DNA of 59,331 nucleotides from Patescibacteria group bacterium (lineage in GTDB: Bacteria; Patescibacteriota; Microgenomatia; PFEM01; JAHIFH01). The stretch lies in assembly GCA_035529375.1 (NCBI GenBank), contig DATKWU010000004.1, positions 1 to 59,331 on the forward strand, written 5' to 3'. The notes below the pieces were generated by a model. That model was not told where the DNA came from and searched no databases. It worked only from the letters and a program-made list of their open reading frames with translations. The position numbers were made by a program, and so were the translations under genes. Shown here one piece after another: positions 28,109-38,319 of the stretch; position 1 is the stretch's first letter; every line of letters starts with the position of its first letter.

Positions 28109-28376
28109 CCTACCTGCTTTGATTATCATCCTTGTCATTGCCTTAGCCTTAGGTCAGTTGCTTCTGACTCATCGCTTGGCGACTGATGGGGAAATGGTTA
28201 AAGAATTTGAACTTAATGCCGCCAGGTTAGAAGATAAGAACGAGATCTTAAGACAAGAAATTACCCAATTAGGTTCTTTAAGAGAAGTAGCCCAAAAAGC
28301 CGAAAAACTTGGTTTTGTCCACAATTCTCATTTGCTCCATCTCACCCCAGAATTGCCAGTGGCAATGAATTACTAA
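28095..28376 (+). CDS. ftsL: Cell division protein FtsL-like
   Basis: TM + coiled coil, canonical position between rsmH and ftsI. Confidence 0.7.
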   Translation: MRKINLPALIIILVIALALGQLLLTHRLATDGEMVKEFELNAARLEDKNEILRQEITQLGSLREVAQKAEKLGFVHNSHLLHLTPELPVAMNY

Positions 28377-28377
28377 A

Positions 28378-30114
28378 ATGGAGGGTAAAGCCCGAATAAA
28401 CTTTCTTCTTGGTTGCTTTCTAGCCTTCGGTCTTTTGATTATCTTTCGTCTTTATTACTGGCAGATAGTGGCTGGTGATGACTTAGCGGCCGCGGCTGAA
28501 GGTCAATATCAGGTTTCTTTTGAAATCCCGGCCAAGCGGGGTCAAATCTTAGCCAGTGATGGTTTTCCTCTGGCCACCACCCAAGAGTCTTATCTCGTTT
28601 TTGCTTCTCTGGCTGATTTGGATAAAAGCCCAGCCGAAATTGCCAGTCAATTGGCCCCGATTTTGTTTGAGGAAGAAGCAGCCACCCCAGGCGGTGAATT
28701 AGATAGAGAAAAATCTTTGTTAGAGATGGAACAATTGATTAAGGAAAGATTGGGTCGGACTGATTTGAGTTGGGTGCCCCTGAAACATAAAGCGAGTCGA
28801 GAGGTTAAGGGCGAAGTCGAAGCCTTGCTGCTCAAAGGGATTGGTTTTGAAACCGAGCAGAAAAGGAGTTATCCCGAAGGTTCAAGTTCAGCTCATCTTC
28901 TGGGCTTTGTCGGTCAGGACATTAATGGCCGCGATAAGGGCTATTTTGGCTTGGAAGGTTATTACGATCTTGAAGTTAGGGGTAGATCGGGGATTGTTCA
29001 TCGGGAAAAAGATGCTGCCGGTCGGCCGATCTTGATGGGAGAGGCCAAAGATGAGGAACAATACCATGGCCGGGATTTGCTGACGACCATTGACCGGAGT
29101 GTCCAATACATTGTCGAAACCGAACTGGCCAAGGGAATCGAACATTATGGCGCCAAATCAGGTTCGGTGATTGTCATGGAACCAACCGGGGCGATTCTGG
29201 CGATGGCCGCTTATCCAGGTTATGATCCAGATAAATATGGGCAATATGATAAAGAACTTTTTCCCAATCCGACCGTCGCTTTTTCCTATGAACCAGGTTC
29301 TACTTTTAAAATTGCGGTGATGGCCGCGGCTCTTAACGAGGGCGTGGTTAAACCTGAGACCAAATGTGACCAATGTGCTGGCCCTCGGGTAATTGGTGAA
29401 TACGTGATTAAAACTTGGAATGAGGAATATCATCCTGACTGCACCATGGTTGATGTCATTAAATATTCAGATAACATCGGCATGGTTTTTGTTGGTGAAA
29501 AATTAGGGATTGATAAATTTACGGAATATCTTGCTAAATTTGGCTTAGGTCAAAAAACCGGCATCGATCTCGAGGATGAATTAACGCCAAACTTAAGGCC
29601 GAAAAAAGACTGGAGTTTCATTGATTTGGCCACCGCTTCCTTTGGCCAGGGAATTGCCTTGACGCCCATTCAGATGGCCAGAATTGGGGCGGTGATTGCC
29701 AATGATGGCAAGTTATTTCGTCCTTATCTGGTTAAAGAAATTGTTGGTGAAGATAAAAAAATTAAGATTGAACCCCAAATTCAAAGTGAAGTCATTAGTT
29801 CGGCGACAGCCAAAGTAATGACCGAGATGATGGTTAATGCCGTTGATAACGGTGAAGCCAAATGGGCCAAGCCAGTGGGTTACCGAATTGCCGGCAAAAC
29901 CGGGACCGCCCAGATTCCGGTGGCTGGCCATTATGATCAGGAAAAAACGATTGCTTCTTTTATCGGTTTTGCCCCAGCCGATGAACCTAGATTTGTGATG
30001 CTGGTGACTTTAAGAGAACCTCAATCTTCACCTTGGGGTTCAGAAACGGCCGCCCCGCTTTGGTTTAAGATTGCCCAAGAGTTATTTAGCTATTATGGGG
30101 TTCTTCCAGGATAG
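28378..30114 (+). CDS. ftsI: Class B penicillin-binding protein (FtsI/PBP3)
   Basis: RGQI, EPGSTFK (SxxK), SDN (SxN), KTGT. Confidence 0.93.
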   Translation: MEGKARINFLLGCFLAFGLLIIFRLYYWQIVAGDDLAAAAEGQYQVSFEIPAKRGQILASDGFPLATTQESYLVFASLADLDKSPAEIASQLAPILFEEEAATPGGELDREKSLLEMEQLIKERLGRTDLSWVPLKHKASREVKGEVEALLLKGIGFETEQKRSYPEGSSSAHLLGFVGQDINGRDKGYFGLEGYYDLEVRGRSGIVHREKDAAGRPILMGEAKDEEQYHGRDLLTTIDRSVQYIVETELAKGIEHYGAKSGSVIVMEPTGAILAMAAYPGYDPDKYGQYDKELFPNPTVAFSYEPGSTFKIAVMAAALNEGVVKPETKCDQCAGPRVIGEYVIKTWNEEYHPDCTMVDVIKYSDNIGMVFVGEKLGIDKFTEYLAKFGLGQKTGIDLEDELTPNLRPKKDWSFIDLATASFGQGIALTPIQMARIGAVIANDGKLFRPYLVKEIVGEDKKIKIEPQIQSEVISSATAKVMTEMMVNAVDNGEAKWAKPVGYRIAGKTGTAQIPVAGHYDQEKTIASFIGFAPADEPRFVMLVTLREPQSSPWGSETAAPLWFKIAQELFSYYGVLPG

Positions 30115-30128
30115 AGAAATTAAAGAAA

Positions 30129-30968
30129 TTAATTAAGGTGTGCTCCAGCTGTACAAGGTTCATCGTTAAGACAGATTTTTAGAGGCATTGCTTTTCCATA
30201 AATGGCTGGTTGTTCTTTAATTCTTCCCCAGAATTGATCACCAAAGTCATAATGCCAATGTTCCTCTTCATAATTAGTGAAACCAGCTGTTATCATAACA
30301 GAATAAAGAAGCCGACGGTTGGCTAATATTTCTTTTTCCTCTTCTGAAAAGGCAGTATCACCCTCTCTTAATTTTTCTTCATAAAAAGTTGTTCTTGCTT
30401 CTGAACCAAAATAATCAAAGGGGACTCCCATGTTAAGTGTCTTTCCATCCGGGCCAACGATCGTTAAATCAATTGCCCCGCCGGTGCTGTGAGGGGAAGG
30501 TTTTGTCGGATCATCTGAAGGCAGCGAAACATATTTTTGTGTCTCCTCTCTTAATTCTGCTTCGGTTAATCCCTTCATCTTTTTTCTCAAAACTTCAAGA
30601 TATTGATCAAAAAGCCTTTTTTGAACAGGTGCCGGTCGCCAAGCATCCCAGATTTCAAACTGACAACCTGTTGGTAAAAGAAGGGCGGCTCGATAGAGGG
30701 CCTGGGCAACACCCGTTCTTACCCACATTGTTTCAACGCTTCCAGGAATTTCCTGACGATAATATTGAGGAGCGAATCTAATAAATGGCCTAAGGCGTTT
30801 CTCTCTTGCTAAATTGGTTAAATCTTCGTTGGATTCTTGGATCTCAACCGTTTTCCAACCGGCGATTGATTTTCTTTTTCTCAAAACATCGCCTTCATGA
30901 ATAGGCACCACTAGTTGGACTCGTCGCTGATCAAGGGCTGACATCAATTTTTCTAATTCTTTTTGCAT
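30129..30968 (-). CDS. D-alanyl-D-alanine dipeptidase (VanX/DdpX, peptidase M15)
   Basis: WDAWRP, SPHSTGGAIDLT (SxHxxGxAxD), EEHWHY; start ATG 30968 lies 7 nt after TGtTATAAT (leaderless). Confidence 0.88.
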   Translation of the reverse strand: MQKELEKLMSALDQRRVQLVVPIHEGDVLRKRKSIAGWKTVEIQESNEDLTNLAREKRLRPFIRFAPQYYRQEIPGSVETMWVRTGVAQALYRAALLLPTGCQFEIWDAWRPAPVQKRLFDQYLEVLRKKMKGLTEAELREETQKYVSLPSDDPTKPSPHSTGGAIDLTIVGPDGKTLNMGVPFDYFGSEARTTFYEEKLREGDTAFSEEEKEILANRRLLYSVMITAGFTNYEEEHWHYDFGDQFWGRIKEQPAIYGKAMPLKICLNDEPCTAGAHLN

Positions 30969-31068
30969 CAGGAGAATTATAACACAGGCATGAAAGTAAC
31001 TTCTCTTTATCCAGCTAATCATGTAAAATAAAGGCAATAATTTGGTTTTAATAACCTTGGGGAGGAGA

Positions 31069-31836
31069 ATGATTATTCAGAAGAAAAAACTAATAGCCAA
31101 GATTAATCTTAGTTATTATCAATCAACCAAAGGCGAGGATTTAATTGTTTTACTTCATGGCTGGGGAGCTTCAAAAGAGAAATTATTGCCTTTAGGTAAG
31201 GCCTTAGAAAAACAGAATTGGCAGATTTTAATTCCTGATTTACCAGGCTTTGGCAAAACCAAACCACCATCCAAACCTTGGGGAGTAAATGAATATGCTC
31301 AGTTTGTTTTAGAAATAATTGCTGCCTTAGATGGAAAACAAAACATCTATCTTTTTGGTCATTCCTTTGGTGGCAGACTGGCCATAAAAATAGCTAGTCT
31401 TTACCCTCAGAAAATTAAAGGCATCATTCTTTGTGGTAGTGCCGGTCTCTCTCGGGCAAATTTTTTCAAGAGAACCTTTTTCTTAGTGATAGCCAAAATA
31501 GGTAAGGTAATTTTGCCCAAAAGTCATTCTTATCGCCGTCTAGTTTACAAATTAGCCAGAGAACACGATTACGAAAAAACCAAAGGAGTGATGAAACAAA
31601 CTTTTAGGTTAGTCATCGCTGAAGATTTAAAACCATTACTCTCTAAAATAAAACTTCCTACTTTGATTTGTTGGGGTTTGAAAGACAAAGAAACAAAATT
31701 TGCTGACGCCCAACTAATTAATTCTCGGATAAAAAATTCGCAATTAATTAGTTTTCCGGGTTTAGGCCATAAATTGCCTTATGAAGAACCGAGATTACTA
31801 GCTAAAAAAATTACTAAATGGAAGGAAGGGCAATGA
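31069..31836 (+). CDS. Alpha/beta hydrolase
   Basis: LHGWG, DLPGFG, GHSFGG nucleophile elbow, GH near C-terminus; ATG 31069 after SD ggagga. Confidence 0.9.
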   Translation: MIIQKKKLIAKINLSYYQSTKGEDLIVLLHGWGASKEKLLPLGKALEKQNWQILIPDLPGFGKTKPPSKPWGVNEYAQFVLEIIAALDGKQNIYLFGHSFGGRLAIKIASLYPQKIKGIILCGSAGLSRANFFKRTFFLVIAKIGKVILPKSHSYRRLVYKLAREHDYEKTKGVMKQTFRLVIAEDLKPLLSKIKLPTLICWGLKDKETKFADAQLINSRIKNSQLISFPGLGHKLPYEEPRLLAKKITKWKEGQ

Positions 31837-33446
31837 TTACTAAAACCATAATTTTAGGCCTTTGGTTAATATCTCTTTTGAAAAATACTTTGTTTCATAC
31901 CTATCTTTGGCAACTCAAAGAATATCGCTTTGATAGGCTAACTCCTCATCTTAAATTAAAAACAAGCCGAAGAATGTTTTTCTCACCGCTTTTTCTTATT
32001 AAGTGGCTTCTTCTGATTGTCTTTTTCATTATGCCAATAGAGTTAAGGAATTGGTTTCCTTTCCTTGTGGCCCTTATCTTTTTAATAGAGGCTCTTGATT
32101 TTTTAAGAAGAATCCTGATTCGTCAGATAGTCCGTCCGCAGTTCACTTTAAGAACAATAGAGATAGTTTCAAGCAGTCTTTTTTTAATTAGCCTCGCCAT
32201 TTGGCTGTTTGTTTCTCAGCTTAACCTCTGGACTTTTGCTTTTTGTTTATTGCTTTTTGAAAGATTGATGCCAATAGCGATTTTATTCCAAGTCTTTTTA
32301 ACAAAATTACCTGTTTCTCTTGCCCAAAAAAGAAAGGTCAAAATAGCCAAAGAGAAGCTAGAACAGCTGCCTAATCTGAAAATAGTTGGTGTTACCGGCA
32401 GTTACGGAAAAACCAGTACCAAAGATTTTATTGCTCAGATTTTGGCAAAAAAATATAAAGTTGCCAAAACTGAAGGAACCAATAATACCAAAATTGGTAT
32501 CAGCCAAAATATTATAGAGAAAATAAACCAAGACATTGAGATTTTTGTTGTTGAAATGGGCGCTTATAAAAAAGGAGAAATTACTGATCTTTGTCAACTG
32601 GTTCAGCCTCAGATTGCGGTTATTACTGGTATTAATGAACAGCATTTAGCCCTTTTTGGCAGCTTGAAGAATTTGATTGAGGCAAAATATGAGATAATCG
32701 GAAACCTTCCCAAAGACGGTATTGCGATTTTGAACGGCAATAATCGCTATTGTCTTGAGATGGCAAAAAAAGCCTCAAAAAGTTTTAAGACGATTTTATA
32801 TAAAAGAGGCAAGCCAAGAAAATTGCCTGGTTTTACCAACGTCATTTGGCTTGATTCAATCAGCGAAAAACAAGAGGGAACAGCCTTTAAAATAAATAGT
32901 GATGGTAAGTACTTAAGTTTAAAAACCAGTCTCAAAGGGGAATCTAATTTCGATAATTTTCTTGGAGCCATCGCGGTTGCCAAAGAATTAGGTTTAACAG
33001 ATATTCAGATTAAAGAAGCAGTTAGTCAACTTCAGTCTAATGATCGGGCAATGAAAAGTATCCAAGGAATCAAGAAGATGACGCTGATTGATGATACCTT
33101 TAGTAGTAATCCTAATGGATTTTTGGCTGCCATAAAAATCTTAGAAAAGGTTGAATCTCAAACTAAGGTAGTGATCACTCCCGGCATCATCGAACTTGGC
33201 TCGGCCAGTCCTCGGATTCATCAGGAAATCGGCCAAGCCTTAAGGGGAAAAGTTGATTTAGTTATTTTAACTAATGATAATTTCTTAGATGATTTCCAAA
33301 AAGGAATGGGTAGAGGCAAAACAAGGCTGATTGTCGAGAACAATCCTAAGAAAATTAAAGAGATTCTGGCCAAAGAATCGCCAAAGATTACTGTCTTACT
33401 TGAGGGTCGATTGCCAGTTAATCTAATCCAGGCTCTAAAACAATGA
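31833..33446 (+). CDS. murF: Mur ligase (MurF-like) with N-terminal membrane domain
   Basis: GVTGSYGKTSTK, VVEMGAY, LIDDTFSSNP; about 4-5 N-terminal TMs. Confidence 0.8.
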   Translation: MITKTIILGLWLISLLKNTLFHTYLWQLKEYRFDRLTPHLKLKTSRRMFFSPLFLIKWLLLIVFFIMPIELRNWFPFLVALIFLIEALDFLRRILIRQIVRPQFTLRTIEIVSSSLFLISLAIWLFVSQLNLWTFAFCLLLFERLMPIAILFQVFLTKLPVSLAQKRKVKIAKEKLEQLPNLKIVGVTGSYGKTSTKDFIAQILAKKYKVAKTEGTNNTKIGISQNIIEKINQDIEIFVVEMGAYKKGEITDLCQLVQPQIAVITGINEQHLALFGSLKNLIEAKYEIIGNLPKDGIAILNGNNRYCLEMAKKASKSFKTILYKRGKPRKLPGFTNVIWLDSISEKQEGTAFKINSDGKYLSLKTSLKGESNFDNFLGAIAVAKELGLTDIQIKEAVSQLQSNDRAMKSIQGIKKMTLIDDTFSSNPNGFLAAIKILEKVESQTKVVITPGIIELGSASPRIHQEIGQALRGKVDLVILTNDNFLDDFQKGMGRGKTRLIVENNPKKIKEILAKESPKITVLLEGRLPVNLIQALKQ

Positions 33447-34687
33447 TCAAGAAACCAATCGCTATTTCCCTTTCGCCAAATACAGAAAAACAAGACATTT
33501 CCCTTGCCGCTAAGATGCTGTTTTCTCCCGGACAGTGGCTAAAAGGTGAAAAGATAAAAGAACTAGAATCGTCATTTAAGGACTATTTTAAGGTGAAATA
33601 CGCTGTTAGTTTTAACAGTGGTCGTTCGGCAGAATATGCCCTTTTAAAGGCAATGGACTTAAAAAAGAATGATGAAGTTTTGATTCAGGCTTTTACTTGT
33701 GTTGTTGTTCCTAATCCGATTCTTTGGTTAAAAGCAAAACCGATTTATGTCGATTTTGAAAAAGATACTCTTAATATGAGCCCCAGGGATTTGAAAAAGA
33801 AAATCACCTCTAAATCTAAAATCGTCGTTGTTCAGCATACTTTTGGTAAGCCAGCCAAAATGGACGAGATCAAGAAGATTGCCAAAGATAAGAAACTCTT
33901 ATTAATCGAAGATTGTGCTCATTCTTTAGGAGCCAAATATAAAAATAAAAAATTAGGGACCGATGGTGAAGCTGCTTTTTTCAGCTTTGGCAGAGATAAA
34001 ATCATTTCTTCAGTTTTTGGCGGAATGGCCATTACCAATAATGATCGAATTGGAAAAAAGCTCTTAGAGATTCAAAAAAGTCTGAGTTTTCCTTCTCGAT
34101 TTTGGGTGGGTCAACAGCTTTTTCACCCTCTTGCCTTTGAGATAATTCTTCCTCTCTATAATTTATTTAGTTTAGGTAAGTTATTGCTCGTCGTTTTCCA
34201 GAAGCTTAATTTGCTCTCTCGAGCCGTCAGTGGGGAAGAAAAGATGAGTCGTCAACCAAGAAATTATCCTCGTAAATTAGCTAATGCCCAAGCGACTCTG
34301 GCTTTATCCCAGTTTCACAGATTAGCTAAATTTAATCAAAAAAGAAAGGAGATCGGAGAGATTTATCGCCAGGAATTAAAAGGGATTAAAACCTTAAAAC
34401 CAGTTTCTGGAGAAATCTTCATGCGTTATACTATTCTTAGTAAGCAGGCAAAAGCAATGATTAATGAGGCTAAGAAAAAAGGAATTCTTTTAGGTGATTG
34501 GTATCAAAATATTGTTGATCCTCAAGGAGTTAATTTCGAAAAAGCGGGCTACTCTTGGGGTAGTTGCCCTGTGGCTGAAGAAATCGCTTCTCAAGTAGTT
34601 AACCTGCCTACCTATCCCCGGATGGGAGAAAAAGAAGCGCGTCGGGTTATTAATTTAGTCAAAGCCTTTTTAAAGAAAAATGTCTAA
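33443..34687 (+). CDS. DegT/DnrJ/EryC1/StrS PLP-dependent aminotransferase
   Basis: FNSGRSA, VVQHTFG, IEDCAHSLG, FSFGRDK, NLPTYP. Confidence 0.9.
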   Translation: MIKKPIAISLSPNTEKQDISLAAKMLFSPGQWLKGEKIKELESSFKDYFKVKYAVSFNSGRSAEYALLKAMDLKKNDEVLIQAFTCVVVPNPILWLKAKPIYVDFEKDTLNMSPRDLKKKITSKSKIVVVQHTFGKPAKMDEIKKIAKDKKLLLIEDCAHSLGAKYKNKKLGTDGEAAFFSFGRDKIISSVFGGMAITNNDRIGKKLLEIQKSLSFPSRFWVGQQLFHPLAFEIILPLYNLFSLGKLLLVVFQKLNLLSRAVSGEEKMSRQPRNYPRKLANAQATLALSQFHRLAKFNQKRKEIGEIYRQELKGIKTLKPVSGEIFMRYTILSKQAKAMINEAKKKGILLGDWYQNIVDPQGVNFEKAGYSWGSCPVAEEIASQVVNLPTYPRMGEKEARRVINLVKAFLKKNV

Positions 34688-35699
34688 AATCATTAAGGAA
34701 ATCAATAATAAAGAAGATTGGGAAAGATTTGCTCTGAGTCAATCACCTAATATTTTTCTTCAGTCTTGGAATTGGGGTGAATTTCACCAGTCTTTAGGCA
34801 ATAAGGTTTTTCATTTGGGGCTTTTAAAAAATCAGGTAATCACCGGAACGGCTTTATTAGTCAAGGAAGAAGCGAAGAGAGGAACTTATTTAGCCTGTCC
34901 GGGTGGGCCATTATTGGCCGATTGGCAGGAAGATAATTTTAAACAAATTCTAAATCAAATGATAGAGTTGGGTCGGCAAGAAAAAGTCGTTTTCTTGAGG
35001 GTAAGACCTTCAATCCTTGATAATGAAAAAAATAGGACAATCTTTAAAAAATTGGGTTTTCAGGATGCACCGATGCATATGCACGCTGAAACCACTTGGC
35101 AATTAGATCTTAGTCCTTCGGAAGAGGAGCTTTTGGCGGGGATGCGAAAAAACACCCGCTACTATGTCCGCCGGGCCGTTAAAGATGGAGTGAAGGTTTT
35201 TCAGACTAAAGACCTAAAAGAGATTGAAACCCTCGATCGATTGCAAATGGAAGCCGTCAAGCGACACAAATTTATTCCCTTTCCAAAAGAGTTTTTAAGA
35301 AAACAGTTTCAAGCCTTTATCAAAGACGAACAAACAGCTCTCTTTTTGGCGGAATATAAAAAACAAATTCTCTCAATTGCCATGATTATTTTCTATGGGG
35401 ATATGGCGGTTTATCACTACGCTGGAACTTCCTCTCAATATCCCAAAATACCTTCTTCCTACTTGCTTCAATGGGAGGCTATTAAGGAGGCGAAAAAAAG
35501 AGGTTGTCGACTCTATAATTTTTGGGGGATTGCCCCCACCGATGATCCGAAACATCGCTTTGCTGGCGTCACCATCTTTAAAAAAGGCTTTGGCGGCGAG
35601 CGGGTTGATTATCTTCATGCTCAAGATTTTCCTTTGTCACCTTTATATCGAGTGACTTATTCATTTGAAACAATTCGTCGAAAAATAAGAAGACTTTAG
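34680..35699 (+). CDS. FemABX-family peptidoglycan bridge aminoacyl transferase
   Basis: FLQSWNWGEF, LDLSPSEEELLAGMRKNTRYYVRRA, YNFWGI, GVTIFKKGFGG. Confidence 0.9.
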   Translation: MSKIIKEINNKEDWERFALSQSPNIFLQSWNWGEFHQSLGNKVFHLGLLKNQVITGTALLVKEEAKRGTYLACPGGPLLADWQEDNFKQILNQMIELGRQEKVVFLRVRPSILDNEKNRTIFKKLGFQDAPMHMHAETTWQLDLSPSEEELLAGMRKNTRYYVRRAVKDGVKVFQTKDLKEIETLDRLQMEAVKRHKFIPFPKEFLRKQFQAFIKDEQTALFLAEYKKQILSIAMIIFYGDMAVYHYAGTSSQYPKIPSSYLLQWEAIKEAKKRGCRLYNFWGIAPTDDPKHRFAGVTIFKKGFGGERVDYLHAQDFPLSPLYRVTYSFETIRRKIRRL

Positions 35700-35743
35700 C
35701 AAAAGATATTCTGTCTTAGTGTTATAATCTAATTAGGTTCAAA

Positions 35744-36127
35744 ATGGAAAATGTTCGTTTTAGAGAAAGAATTGCGGTTAGACTCCTTCCGCCAGAGGCT
35801 AATTCCTTACCTGGCAGATATAAGATTTGTGCGGATGTTAGAGTGCCGGGCCAAAGACCGATCAACTCCTTAAGAAATGATGATAGGTTGAAAGTAGGCG
35901 AGATGGTCGCCAAAAGGATGTTAAAACTTTGTCCAAGCACGGGGCCGATTGCCATTACCGTTGATGGTGTCAAGAAGGATTACGTTAATGTTGGTGTTTA
36001 TACAGAAACTCTTTCAGATGTTCATGCCTTGAGAGACGCTGGAGAAGTCTATCCCTCTTTTGCTTGTGATATTTCTGATCCAGAAAAACCTAAATTTTTA
36101 CCTAATAAAGATTGGTTAAAAAAGTAA
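35744..36127 (+). CDS. Hypothetical protein (127 aa) inserted in the dcw cluster
   Basis: Own extended -10 (tgttataat) upstream; ends 1 nt before mraY. Confidence 0.65.
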   Translation: MENVRFRERIAVRLLPPEANSLPGRYKICADVRVPGQRPINSLRNDDRLKVGEMVAKRMLKLCPSTGPIAITVDGVKKDYVNVGVYTETLSDVHALRDAGEVYPSFACDISDPEKPKFLPNKDWLKK

Positions 36128-36128
36128 A

Positions 36129-37166
36129 ATGGCTTTATTTCTTGGTCTCTTGATTTTTTCTTTTGTGGTGACGAGTATTGTGATTGTTCCTTTTATTGGT
36201 TTTTTATATCGGCTTAAATTTACTCGGAAAGTTGAAGCGCCTAAAAACGGCAAAGTGCCCTTATTCGATAAAATGCATGATTGGAAAGCAGGGACACCCG
36301 TAGGCGGCGGTTTGTTGATTATCGGTTTGGTTAGCTTGTTGTACGCGATTCTTTTTCCTCTTCTTAGATATCTGGGTGTTTATGTTACCGCGGTTCATAC
36401 CTTAAGAGATGAACTCAATATTATTTTTTTTAGCTTTATTTCTTTTGGTTTATTAGGTTTTTACGATGATTTTGTTAAATTTTTTGGTAAGGCGAGAAAA
36501 GGAGTAATTGGTCGGAGTTTTGGTTTAAGTCGTTATGTTAAATTTTTCATTCAATTAACTCTGGCTTTGATAATTGCCTCAATGCTTTATTTTAACCTCA
36601 GAATAGACATTATTCACATCCCTTTGACTCATATTGTTTTTTATCTTGGCTGGTGGTACATTCCCTTCGCGGCTTTAGTCATCATTTCTTTTGTTAATGC
36701 CTATAATATTACTGATGGTCTTGATGGCTTAGCTGCTGGTTTATTAATGATTTGTCTTTTTGCCTTCTGGATTCTTTCAACCGCTGTTTTAGACACGACC
36801 CTATCGGTTTTCCTTTCTCTTTGGATTGGTGCTTTAATTGCTTTTCTTTATTTTAATATTTATCCAGCCAGAATCTGGCTAGGCGACAGCGGAGCACTTT
36901 CATTTGGGGCTACTTTAGCCGTAGTTGGTCTTCTAATTGGTAAAATTTTTGCCTTGGTGTTTATTGGTGGTTTCTTTGTTGGTGAAGCAGCCTCAAGCTT
37001 AATCCAAATTATTTCCCTGCGGGTTTTTAAACGCCGCGTTTTTAAAATTGCTCCTTTTCATCTTTGGCTTCAGGCTCGAGGTTGGGAGGAACCGAAAATC
37101 GTATCCAGGGCTTGGTTAGCTGGTCTAATGCTAGCCATTATTGGTATCTGGCTGGCCATCATCTAG
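36129..37166 (+). CDS. mraY: Phospho-N-acetylmuramoyl-pentapeptide transferase
   Basis: KAGTPVGGG, GFYDD, NAYNITDGLDGL, FNIYPARIWLGDSG, APFH. Confidence 0.95.
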   Translation: MALFLGLLIFSFVVTSIVIVPFIGFLYRLKFTRKVEAPKNGKVPLFDKMHDWKAGTPVGGGLLIIGLVSLLYAILFPLLRYLGVYVTAVHTLRDELNIIFFSFISFGLLGFYDDFVKFFGKARKGVIGRSFGLSRYVKFFIQLTLALIIASMLYFNLRIDIIHIPLTHIVFYLGWWYIPFAALVIISFVNAYNITDGLDGLAAGLLMICLFAFWILSTAVLDTTLSVFLSLWIGALIAFLYFNIYPARIWLGDSGALSFGATLAVVGLLIGKIFALVFIGGFFVGEAASSLIQIISLRVFKRRVFKIAPFHLWLQARGWEEPKIVSRAWLAGLMLAIIGIWLAII

Positions 37167-37175
37167 TTTTTTGAC

Positions 37176-38288
37176 ATGAGAAGGCTTAAACAAAACAAAA
37201 TTTCCCTAAAATTATCTCATCAAAAAGCAGACTGGCTTCTAATTCTTTTAGTTTTAGGCTTGACAGTTTTTGGCTTGATTATGATTGCCAATGCTTCCGT
37301 GGTTGAAGCCTATCGTGATTTTGGCGACAAGCTCTACTACTTCAAACTTCAGCTCCAATGGGCAGGCCTAGGTTTAATCGGTTTTATCTTGGCCAGCTTT
37401 TTTAATTACCGAAGGTTAAAATCTTTGGCCGTTCCCTTATTGATTGTTAGTTTAATTAGCCTAGGATTGGTTTTAGTTCCGGGTTTAGGGACAAAGATTA
37501 TGGGCGCCCAAAGATGGTTGGCGATCGGGGCTTTTCGCTTCCAACCAGCTGAGCTTGCCAAATTAGCTTTTGTCTTTTATCTGGCGGCCTTTATGAGTCA
37601 GAAGAAAAGTCCTTGGCCTTTTTTAATTCTTTTAACTCTTTTAATTGGTTTAGTGATTCTTGAACCTGATTTGGGGACGGCCGTGATTATTGCCGCCACT
37701 GGCTTGGTGGTTTACTTTGCTTCTGGAGCACCCCTTCTCTGGTTAGGTCTTTTAGGCATCTTAGGTTTCTTATCAGGTTTGGGTTTAATTTTTTCTTCTC
37801 CTTATCGAAAAGAACGGGTTTTAACTTTTCTTGATCCTAGCCGCGATCCGCTAGGGGCTTCCTACCATATTCGCCAAATTCTTTTAGCCCTTGGTTCAGG
37901 TGGCTTATTTGGTTTAGGCCTTGGTCAGTCACGCCAGAAATATGAATATCTGCCGGCGGCGGCCACCGATTCGATTTTTGCGATTATGGCTGAAGAAATT
38001 GGTTTCATCGGCGCCTTAGTAATTATTTTTGTCTTTCTGCTTCTAATTTGGCGGGGATTCAAAATTGCCAAGGAAGCCCCGGATAAATTTGGTACTCTTT
38101 TGGCCACCGGTATTATTTCCTGGATTGGTTTTCAAACCTTAATCAATCTCTCAGCCATTGTCGCTCTTGTTCCTCTGACCGGCGTCCCTCTGCCTTTCAT
38201 TTCCTATGGGGGTTCCTCGCTGATTCTAATTATGACGGCCAGCGGGATTTTAGTAAATATTTCTAAGCAAAAAGTGGTCGAGAAATAA
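37176..38288 (+). CDS. ftsW: SEDS peptidoglycan polymerase FtsW
   Basis: GAQRW, FQPAELAK, EPDLGT, GLGQSRQKY.YLP..TDSIF, LPFISYGGSS. Confidence 0.95.
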   Translation: MRRLKQNKISLKLSHQKADWLLILLVLGLTVFGLIMIANASVVEAYRDFGDKLYYFKLQLQWAGLGLIGFILASFFNYRRLKSLAVPLLIVSLISLGLVLVPGLGTKIMGAQRWLAIGAFRFQPAELAKLAFVFYLAAFMSQKKSPWPFLILLTLLIGLVILEPDLGTAVIIAATGLVVYFASGAPLLWLGLLGILGFLSGLGLIFSSPYRKERVLTFLDPSRDPLGASYHIRQILLALGSGGLFGLGLGQSRQKYEYLPAAATDSIFAIMAEEIGFIGALVIIFVFLLLIWRGFKIAKEAPDKFGTLLATGIISWIGFQTLINLSAIVALVPLTGVPLPFISYGGSSLILIMTASGILVNISKQKVVEK

Positions 38289-38319
38289 ATTTGTTTTTAA
38301 TAAATAAATCTTTAAAAGA

